NCBI GenBank assembly: GCA_018238625.1
Contig: JABCSY010000112.1
Coordinates: forward strand, 1-12,543
Reading direction: 5' to 3'
Origin: Promethearchaeota archaeon
GTDB lineage: Archaea > Asgardarchaeota > Lokiarchaeia > Sigyniarchaeales > SOKP01
Length of the DNA stretch: 12,543 nt
A program made the translations under genes and the position numbers. The notes under the pieces are model-generated. The model was not told where the DNA came from. It did not search any database and worked only from the letters and a program-made list of their open reading frames with translations. Below, piece by piece: positions 1-6,768 of this stretch (its first letter is position 1; every line of letters starts with the position of its first letter).

Positions 1-1263
1 ATACAAAGACCTGTAATCCGCCCCCCAAGAGTGTTAAGCGTAAAACCTACTGAAATTGAAGAAGGTTTTGAAATGGATAAGTTTAGAGACTATGAAATGG
101 CAGAAATGGTAGAAAAACCAGCGGCCATGAGAAAAAAGGCTAAAATGAGAACGGGAATACCTCCACCTGCACCTGGAGGCCCCCCTAAAGGTGCTATAGC
201 CTATGGTGGCATGCAAAGCGTTATGAACATGACAGACGATGCGTTACTAGATAAAGTAAAATCGCAAACTAAAATTCAAACAAAAGACTTAGGAGAACTA
301 TTTGAATACAACATTTCAAATTTAGTAACAATAAAAAGGAAGCAATCTGCTTTAGTTCCAATTTTAACAGAATCTATAAAAGCAAAACGAGTTTTGTTAT
401 ACAATAAAAACGAATACGGTAGAAATCCGAACGCTTGTCTTGAGATCACCAATAATACTAAATTAACGCTGGAAAGAGGCCCAGTCACTATAATATACGA
501 CGACAACCTAGCAGGAGAGGCTATCATTCCTTTTCTAAATAAAGAAGATACGAGATTGTTGAATTATGCCGTAGAGCAAGCCGTAGTTATTGCACACGAA
601 GAAAAATCCCAAAGTCTAAGCGTACATAAAGTTACCTTTGGTAGTGGATATTCCTACGAATATTATTACACTAACCAAATGACCACCTATAAAATTAAAA
701 ACAAAACAAATGAAGAGAAGGAACTTTACCTCGACCACCCCAAAACTCACGGCTATAAATTTGTAGAAAAACCGACCGACCCAGAAGAGACCCCTAATTA
801 TTGGCGTTTTAAACTAAAATTGAAACCTAAAGACGCAATTAATTTCAAATTAAAAGAACAACGCGAAGATTATTCAAGCAATTACCTCTGGAATTGGTCT
901 AAAGACGATATTTTAAAGAGGGTAGGATTTTATATCAAACATAAGTTTATCGACGAAAAACTCGAAGCTAAATTGAAAGAAATCGCAGAATCTATTCAAA
1001 TATTGAACGATAAAAAAAACAGAAGAGAAAATTTGGATCAGGAGAGAGACCTAATGACGGACGAACAATCAAGGCTTAGAGAAAATATTTCGGTTTTAGG
1101 GAACGATAGCCAATCTGTCTCGTTAAAAGAACGGTACGTTAAAAAGTTAAACGACCAAGAGACTAGATTTGAGAAAATATCCGTAGAATTGAAAAAACTA
1201 GATAAAGAAATTGATTCATTGAACAAGAAAGTTGAAAAACAAATGAATAAACTTAAAGTTTAA
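1..1263 (+). CDS. DUF4139-like domain protein with C-terminal coiled coil (5'-truncated by window edge)
   Basis: Frame is open from base 1 (IQRPVIRPPR...), so the GTG at 31 is probably internal. Segments 'GELFEYNI..VTIKRKQSALVPI', 'NNTKLTLERGPVTI' and 'YKIKN....ELYLDHP' resemble DUF4139 proteins. Heptad-rich C-terminus (EQSRLRENISVL...RYVKKLNDQETRFEKI) and a Pro-rich linker GIPPPAPGGPP. TAA at 1261-1263. Confidence 0.75.
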   Translation: MQRPVIRPPRVLSVKPTEIEEGFEMDKFRDYEMAEMVEKPAAMRKKAKMRTGIPPPAPGGPPKGAIAYGGMQSVMNMTDDALLDKVKSQTKIQTKDLGELFEYNISNLVTIKRKQSALVPILTESIKAKRVLLYNKNEYGRNPNACLEITNNTKLTLERGPVTIIYDDNLAGEAIIPFLNKEDTRLLNYAVEQAVVIAHEEKSQSLSVHKVTFGSGYSYEYYYTNQMTTYKIKNKTNEEKELYLDHPKTHGYKFVEKPTDPEETPNYWRFKLKLKPKDAINFKLKEQREDYSSNYLWNWSKDDILKRVGFYIKHKFIDEKLEAKLKEIAESIQILNDKKNRRENLDQERDLMTDEQSRLRENISVLGNDSQSVSLKERYVKKLNDQETRFEKISVELKKLDKEIDSLNKKVEKQMNKLKV

Positions 1264-1285
1264 CAAAAAGTTTTAAAAACTTCTA

Positions 1286-1300
1286 TTTTTCTTTTTTATT
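1286..1300 (+). terminator. Putative archaeal oligo-T terminator
   Basis: TTTTTCTTTTTTATT about 22 nt after the stop codon, preceded by the short inverted repeat AAGTTT-TAA-AAACTT (1268-1282). Confidence 0.4.
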
Positions 1301-1397
1301 ACAATATCCCCACATCTATAAATAACTATAAATAGAAAAAAAAAATAAATTATGTAAAATACAATATTTTATAATAAAATTTTGAATGGTGTGAAAT

Positions 1398-1619
1398 ATG
1401 AGTATTGATGAACTTCAAGAACAAGTTGAAAAATTAAAAGACGAAATGGATGTGCTCGAAGAGGTTTGTGACACTTTAGACCTATGTAAAGAAGACGACG
1501 GCTGCGATAAATGCGAAAACTACAAGAAAATCGAGAAACTCAACTTAAAAATCGGAGAATTAGAAGAAAAAATCGAATCCTTAATGGGAGAAGACGACGA
1601 AGATGAAGAAGAAGAGTAA
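1398..1619 (+). CDS. Small acidic coiled-coil protein with central Cys4 cluster (CX5CX5CX2C), hypothetical
   Basis: 73-aa ORF with SD-like GGTGTGA just upstream of the ATG. Heptad pattern on both sides of four Cys, acidic tail EDDEDEEEE, and coding-like composition within AT-rich flanks. Confidence 0.8.
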   Translation: MSIDELQEQVEKLKDEMDVLEEVCDTLDLCKEDDGCDKCENYKKIEKLNLKIGELEEKIESLMGEDDEDEEEE

Positions 1620-1760
1620 TAACTTCTTTAAAAATAATCAAATTTCGTTATTTTATTTAAATCTTTAATTTTTTTAATTACTTTTACGCTTAATTGTACT
1701 ACTTTCTTCCTATTCTATTTTAACTTTAAACCTTTATATAAACAACTATTTGAAAAAAAA

Positions 1761-1790
1761 TTAAAAAAGAACATCGTATTCTCCTTTTTA
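1761..1790 (+). promoter_or_regulatory. Putative promoter element of ACAD1 (TATA-like TTAAAAA after an A-rich tract)
   Basis: TTAAAAAAGAACATCGTATTCTCCTTTTTA begins 82 nt before the ATG at 1843 and matches the equivalent ACAD2 element at 20/30 positions. Confidence 0.55.
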
Positions 1791-1842
1791 TATTATAATA
1801 GAATGATAAAATTAAAAATCTAAAAAAGGTCGCGATATTAAA

Positions 1843-3138
1843 ATGCCAGGTAAAAAGTTTGAAGTGCAAGCAATTGACGACGAAATTCTTGCGAAATTTA
1901 GCCTAAAAAATCGATACTCTTTCTTGAATAATAATTTAACGGCTATACTTTCAACAAAAGAATTTAATTTCTTTAAAGAAGTCCAACGATTTTGTATGCG
2001 CTTCGAAAAAAAAAATGAAATTACGCACGGGCCTGAGGAAGATATTTACGATTGGGTTCCCGCTTTTGGAGAAAAGGGTTATATAACCCGTCAGCACACG
2101 TTTGATGCGTGCGATGTTCATTACGACTATTGGGGGTTAGCTGCTGATTTTTTGAGGAATTTAGCACTCGATTTCTTTGATCCCCAATTTGCGATGGGAG
2201 GTGGGGGGACTGTTTTAGCCGTAAATCCAATTTACGAGCACCACGACGAAGTCCCAGTTAGGCTGGAAGCACTTAAAGATTTAGTTACTGGAAAGAGCCC
2301 TGGAGCTATTCTTATCACTGAACCTCAACGTGGTTCAGATGCTGTACATCAATTAACAACTTGCGACGAGCAAGACGATGGTTCGTTTTTACTCAATGGA
2401 ATTAAGATTTATAATACTAACGCGCCCAAATCTAAATGGCTCGTAACTTACGCTACAGCTGAGAAAAACAACGGGAACACGATGGCTCAATTCTTAGTAG
2501 ACTCCGAATGGGAAGGTCTTCTTATGGAACGGGTCAATATCCCATGGATACCCAAGCTTCATCTTGGAAAAGAAACTTTCACAAATCTAAGAGTCCCTAA
2601 GGATTACGTATTAGGCGGTGTAGGAAAAGGACGTGAATATATGTTTGAAGGCTTAGTGCCTGAGAGAATTTCAATCGCAATAATGAGTATTAGTGAATGT
2701 TGGGGCGCATTAACACATGCAATAATTTACGCTAACAACAGACAGCAATTTAATCAAATGATTCTTAAATTCCAAGGAGTAGGTTTTCTTTTGACCGATC
2801 TCTGGGCAAAAACTACTAATTTAACCCTTGGGCTTCTCAAATTCTGTGAATCATTTGATGAAAAATACATAAAATTCAATGGAGAGATTCCAAAAAACAT
2901 TGCCCAAGCAATGGTTGCCTCAGCAAGTATGTTCAAGTATCACGCTGCGAAACTCGCGAAAAAGGTGTGTTACGAATCTGCGAATAACATGGGTGGCGCT
3001 GGTTTGTGTGACAACACACTGATGCACGACTATATGAATATTTCGAGGATCCAAGAAATCATTGGTGGTTCGAGACAAATCCAACAGTACATCATGTCAA
3101 TGTCCCTGAGACAACTTTATAAAATGTCCGTTTCGTAA
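1843..3138 (+). CDS. Acyl-CoA dehydrogenase family protein (paralogue 1)
   Basis: ACAD motifs: ITEPQRGSD (FAD binding), LLNGIKIYNTNA, GGVGKG, GLVPERI, RQQFNQMILKFQGVGF, MGGAG, EIIGGSRQIQ. Confidence 0.95.
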   Translation: MPGKKFEVQAIDDEILAKFSLKNRYSFLNNNLTAILSTKEFNFFKEVQRFCMRFEKKNEITHGPEEDIYDWVPAFGEKGYITRQHTFDACDVHYDYWGLAADFLRNLALDFFDPQFAMGGGGTVLAVNPIYEHHDEVPVRLEALKDLVTGKSPGAILITEPQRGSDAVHQLTTCDEQDDGSFLLNGIKIYNTNAPKSKWLVTYATAEKNNGNTMAQFLVDSEWEGLLMERVNIPWIPKLHLGKETFTNLRVPKDYVLGGVGKGREYMFEGLVPERISIAIMSISECWGALTHAIIYANNRQQFNQMILKFQGVGFLLTDLWAKTTNLTLGLLKFCESFDEKYIKFNGEIPKNIAQAMVASASMFKYHAAKLAKKVCYESANNMGGAGLCDNTLMHDYMNISRIQEIIGGSRQIQQYIMSMSLRQLYKMSVS

Positions 3139-3174
3139 AATCCATAAAACTAAAAGAATCTATATTACTAAATC

Positions 3175-3189
3175 TTTATTTTTTTATTT
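3175..3189 (+). terminator. Putative oligo-T terminator after ACAD1
   Basis: TTTATTTTTTTATTT about 36 nt downstream of the TAA. Confidence 0.4.
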
Positions 3190-3297
3190 GGAAGTAGTAA
3201 ACTCTTCTCAAAGAAGTTAAAAGAAGTTTTTTTTAACTCGAAAATAAGCAATTAATTATTAATATTTCAGTTGTTAGTGTTTATTCAATAAAAAAAG

Positions 3298-3327
3298 TTA
3301 AAAAGTCAAATCATATTTTTCCTAGTA
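3298..3327 (+). promoter_or_regulatory. Putative promoter element of ACAD2
   Basis: TTAAAAAGTCAAATCATATTTTTCCTAGTA begins 83 nt before the ATG at 3381 and is 26/30 identical to the ACAD3 element. Confidence 0.65.
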
Positions 3328-3380
3328 ATACTATTTCTCTTTTAAATTTCAAATAGATTAAAAAAATTGGAGTTAGAAAA

Positions 3381-4685
3381 ATGGAAGAAGAAAAAAAAAA
3401 TAGGTTTATGACTCAAGCTATAAATGACGAAATCCTTGAAAAGTTAAGTCTAAAAAACAGATATTCGTTTTTAAACACGAACTTAACGGCTATTTTGGAA
3501 CCAAAGGAGTTTAATTTTCTAAAAAAAGCTCAGAAATTCTGTATGCGCTTCGAAAAGAAAAACAATATTACTCACGGTCCTGACGAAGATGTTTACGATT
3601 GGATCCCCGCATTTGGAGAGGCGGGTTACCTAACCAGAGCTCACAGTTTCGAAATGATTGATATTAATTACGCTGATTATGGTGCAACCACGGAATTCAT
3701 GAGATGTTTTGCCGTAGACTTTTTTGATCCCCAATTCTCGTTAGCTGGGGGCGCAACCGTGTTAGCTATCAACCCGCTTTACGAACATCACGAAAATATA
3801 CCCATACGATTAGAAGTTATGAAAAAATTTGTCACCGGTGAAACGCCAGGAGCTATATTAATTACCGAACCCGAGCGAGGTTCCGACGCAGTACACATGT
3901 TGACCACGTGCGACGAGCAAGACGATGGTAGCTTTCTTTTAAATGGAGAAAAGATTTTCAGCACTAACGGCCCTAAATCGGGGTACGTCGTTGCTTACGC
4001 TACCGCAGAGAAAAACAACGGGAACACGATGGCCCAATTCTTAATAGATACATCCTGGGACGGTTGGAACTGCGAACGCGTTTACATTCCGTACGTACCA
4101 AAAGTCTGGCTGGGGAAAGAAAGGTTAGATAATCTTAGAGTACCAAAAGATTACGTGTTAGGCGGCGTAGGAAAGGGGCGAGAACACCTTTTTGAAGGTT
4201 TAGTTCCAGAAAGAATAGGGATAGCAATTGATTGTGTAGCTCAATGCTGGAACGCAATAGCTCATGCTGCAATATATGTCAACAATAGACAACAATTTAA
4301 TCAAATGGTTCTTAAATTCCAAGGAGTGGGTTTTCTCTTAACTGATTTATGGGCAAGATTGACTAACGTCACGCTAGGTCTTTTAATGTTTTGTAAAAAT
4401 TACGATAGTAAGATGGAAAAGTTTGGAGGAGAGCTTCCCCGAAACATTTCACAAGCTTTAGTAGCTTCTGCTAGTCAGTTCAAGTATCACACTGCTAAAC
4501 TTTCAGCAGAAATTTGTTATGAAAGTGCGAATCTAATGGGGGGCGCAGGATTGTGCGATAACACTTTGATGCAAGACCTAGTAAACATGTCTAGAATCGC
4601 TGAAATCGTTGGTGGCAGCAGACAGATCCAAAACTATGTGATGTCAATGGCCATGAGACAACTTTACAAGATGTCGGGTATATAG
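3381..4685 (+). CDS. Acyl-CoA dehydrogenase family protein (paralogue 2)
   Basis: Same ACAD motifs (ITEPERGSD, NGEKIFSTNG, GLVPERI, RQQFNQ, MGGAG, EIVGGSRQIQ). SD-like GGAG upstream. Collinear with paralogues 1 and 3. Confidence 0.95.
   Translation: MEEEKKNRFMTQAINDEILEKLSLKNRYSFLNTNLTAILEPKEFNFLKKAQKFCMRFEKKNNITHGPDEDVYDWIPAFGEAGYLTRAHSFEMIDINYADYGATTEFMRCFAVDFFDPQFSLAGGATVLAINPLYEHHENIPIRLEVMKKFVTGETPGAILITEPERGSDAVHMLTTCDEQDDGSFLLNGEKIFSTNGPKSGYVVAYATAEKNNGNTMAQFLIDTSWDGWNCERVYIPYVPKVWLGKERLDNLRVPKDYVLGGVGKGREHLFEGLVPERIGIAIDCVAQCWNAIAHAAIYVNNRQQFNQMVLKFQGVGFLLTDLWARLTNVTLGLLMFCKNYDSKMEKFGGELPRNISQALVASASQFKYHTAKLSAEICYESANLMGGAGLCDNTLMQDLVNMSRIAEIVGGSRQIQNYVMSMAMRQLYKMSGI
3993..4039 (+). 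repeat. Near-identical tract shared by ACAD paralogues (inverted copy at 7415-7461; 26-nt core also at 2461-2486)
   Basis: GCTTACGCTACCGCAGAGAAAAACAACGGGAACACGATGGCCCAATT is 46/47 identical to the reverse complement of 7415-7461. GAGAAAAACAACGGGAACACGATGGC is identical in ACAD1 and ACAD2. Confidence 0.85.
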
Positions 4686-4708
4686 AACGTCCAATTCCTT
4701 CTTATCTC

Positions 4709-4724
4709 TTTTTTTTTATTTTTT
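4709..4724 (+). terminator. Putative oligo-T terminator after ACAD2
   Basis: TTTTTTTTTATTTTTT 23 nt after the TAG, in a convergent intergenic gap. Confidence 0.45.
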
Positions 4725-4755
4725 GTTGATTTAAAAACAAGCTTAAATTAAGCAA

Positions 4756-5220
4756 TTATTGCATAAAACTCCTATTTTTGTGTTTTAATTCAAAATAAAT
4801 CTTGTCTCTTTGAATGTCTTCTTGTATTTCTGCCAAATTTTCGTTTTGCAGTAATTTCTCAAAAAAAGATAATATAGAATCATGCGCTTCTTTGATATAA
4901 GTATCTGTTTGAGAGAATTCAAATGATATATCTTTAAGTAGTTCAAAATCTAATTTTATATCAACTTCCCTTGTCATTTCAATTTTGAGTCTTAATCGTT
5001 TGTCGTGATAATTAGTCCATATTGCTTCATAGAAAAAATAGTTAATAAATTGAACTGTTTCTGTGACAAATCCTATAGAAAAAGCAGCAAACAAATTCCC
5101 TGTAACTATTAAAATAACTAACATTCCAAGAAAGACTGTTATTATCCTATATATTACGCTTTTAAAGAAACTTTCCTTGAGGGCGTCCTTATTTTTTATT
5201 AATTTTTCTATTATTTTCAT
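4756..5220 (-). CDS. DUF2061-like membrane protein with a soluble C-terminal extension
   Basis: ESFFKSVIYRII...IVTGNLFAAFSIG...NYFFYEAIW matches the DUF2061 pattern (S..K...YR ... TG....A..IG ... Y..ER.W) with two hydrophobic helices. About 80 hydrophilic residues follow. Confidence 0.75.
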   Translation of the reverse strand: MKIIEKLIKNKDALKESFFKSVIYRIITVFLGMLVILIVTGNLFAAFSIGFVTETVQFINYFFYEAIWTNYHDKRLRLKIEMTREVDIKLDFELLKDISFEFSQTDTYIKEAHDSILSFFEKLLQNENLAEIQEDIQRDKIYFELKHKNRSFMQ

Positions 5221-5491
5221 TTGACAATAGAGAAGCAGACTAACTATTTATTTATTTATTTAATTAATTAAAACGCTCCAAGTAAAAGATTTAATTAATC
5301 TTTCTAAGTGTAAATAATAATTATAATAAAAATTTAGAAGATTTATAACAATTAATTCTTTCAGTTTTACGGATTTTACTATAAGGATATTTTATTGTTA
5401 AAAAAATCAAAAAAAAACTTTGTTTCAGTAATATTCATTTAATAGTAAAATTTGATTTTCTTAAGTGGATTAAAAAAATAATGATAAATTC

Positions 5492-6712
5492 ATGCGTTTA
5501 AAGAAAAGTTATTTTCTGACGATAAGTGTTCTTGGGTTGTTTGCTATCTTTAGCTCAACCATGTCAAAGAGTCCAATTTTACCGCTTTTTGCGAAGTCTT
5601 TAATAACTTCACCTCATGAACTCCAATTCATCGGGTACATTTTCGCGGCATCTACTATCCCTGGAATAATAGTAAGCGCGTTTGCTGGTCGCCTCTCTGA
5701 TATGTATGGTCGAGAAAAACTTGTTTTGCTATCAATTGTAATTTTTGCTTCAGCACCTTTTTTTTATCTATTTGCAACTAACATTTGGATCTTAATGATA
5801 GTTCGATTTTATCACGGTTTTTCTACCGCAATATTTGTTCCTGTCGCCACGAGTGCGATAGCGGAATTATATCCAAAACAAAAAGGAGAAAAGATTTCAT
5901 TATTTTCTTCAATAACCCTTATCGGTCGTTTTTTCGCACCGATAACCGGTGGTTTTATCCTTTACGTTACAAATTATTATTATTATGGAGTGTATCTCGT
6001 ATGTGGTTTCTCAGGAATTATCGCGTTTTTCTTTGCAATATTTTACTACAAAACTCGCAAATCTCGTTATACTCAAGCTGACATTTCAAAAAGAGAGTTA
6101 TTTACAACAAAAGATTTTCTAAGGGGTCTAAAAGACGTTATTAGTCATAAAAAGATCATGATAATTAGCACTATTCAAGCCAGTCAGTATTTTGCTTATG
6201 GAATTATTGAAGCTTATTTTATTCTTTATATTAGTTTTCTTAATTACGAACCTTGGTTAATCGGGTTAATGCCCGCCGTTCTTACATTTACTCTTATAGT
6301 AACTAAACCTTTTATGGGGCAATTATCAGACAGGATTGGACGAAAACACGTCATCCTTGGCGGACTCCTTTTAGGGGGTTTTGTAACCTTGTTTATACCA
6401 CATACTGTGAATTTACTTTTGTTAACCGTTATTTTTATATGTTTTGGTATAGGAATGGCAAGCGTCACCTCTTCTACACCAGCGTATATAACGGATCTTT
6501 TAGAAAAAGAAAATTATGGTTCAGCAATTGGAGTTCTAAGTACTATTATGGATATCGGTCAAACGCTTGGTCCAATTTTAAGCGGTTATATTTTAGTGTT
6601 CTTATCGTATCAAGGAGTTTTTCTAATGACTGGATTTACCCTTTTACTTGCAGCATTTATGTTTTTTGTATCATTTTTTTTGCTAAAAAAAAAGAGTTTG
6701 GATTCAAACTAA
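5492..6712 (+). CDS. Major facilitator superfamily transporter
   Basis: 406 aa with about 12 hydrophobic segments. MFS motif A occurs twice (GRLSDMYGRE, GQLSDRIGRK), plus VRFYHG and IGQTLGPILSG. Confidence 0.93.
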   Translation: MRLKKSYFLTISVLGLFAIFSSTMSKSPILPLFAKSLITSPHELQFIGYIFAASTIPGIIVSAFAGRLSDMYGREKLVLLSIVIFASAPFFYLFATNIWILMIVRFYHGFSTAIFVPVATSAIAELYPKQKGEKISLFSSITLIGRFFAPITGGFILYVTNYYYYGVYLVCGFSGIIAFFFAIFYYKTRKSRYTQADISKRELFTTKDFLRGLKDVISHKKIMIISTIQASQYFAYGIIEAYFILYISFLNYEPWLIGLMPAVLTFTLIVTKPFMGQLSDRIGRKHVILGGLLLGGFVTLFIPHTVNLLLLTVIFICFGIGMASVTSSTPAYITDLLEKENYGSAIGVLSTIMDIGQTLGPILSGYILVFLSYQGVFLMTGFTLLLAAFMFFVSFFLLKKKSLDSN

Positions 6713-6721
6713 AGAAAATTT

Positions 6722-6739
6722 AAAATAAAAAAAATAAAA
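6722..6739 (-). terminator. Putative oligo-T terminator after ACAD3
   Basis: + strand AAAATAAAAAAAATAAAA reads as a T-tract on -, about 30 nt after the ACAD3 TAG. Confidence 0.4.
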
Positions 6740-6768
6740 TCATAAGAGAACATAAATAATTGAACGTC

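Noticed and set aside
34-1226. Minus-strand ORFs 34-216, 276-527 and 1038-1226
   Set aside because: Antisense shadows of the DUF4139-like gene with no recognisable motifs.
2021-2936. Minus-strand ORFs 2021-2230 and 2754-2936
   Set aside because: Antisense shadows within ACAD1.
4683-4751. Pyrrolysine or amber read-through at the ACAD2/ACAD3 TAG
   Set aside because: ACAD1 ends at the equivalent position with TAA, the extension runs into T-tracts, and no pyl genes are present in the window.
4741-4762. Overlapping palindromes GCTTAA-A-TTAAGC and GCAAT-T-ATTGC between convergent genes
   Set aside because: Short, AT-rich and single-copy; cannot be distinguished from chance.
5245-5261. (TATT)n microsatellite and other A/T homopolymer runs
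   Set aside because: Common in AT-rich intergenic DNA, with no evidence of phase variation.
5785-6723. ORFs 5785-6081 (+), 6244-6468 (-) and 6439-6723 (+)
   Set aside because: Alternate-frame or antisense ORFs overlapping the MFS gene, expected from T-rich hydrophobic codons.
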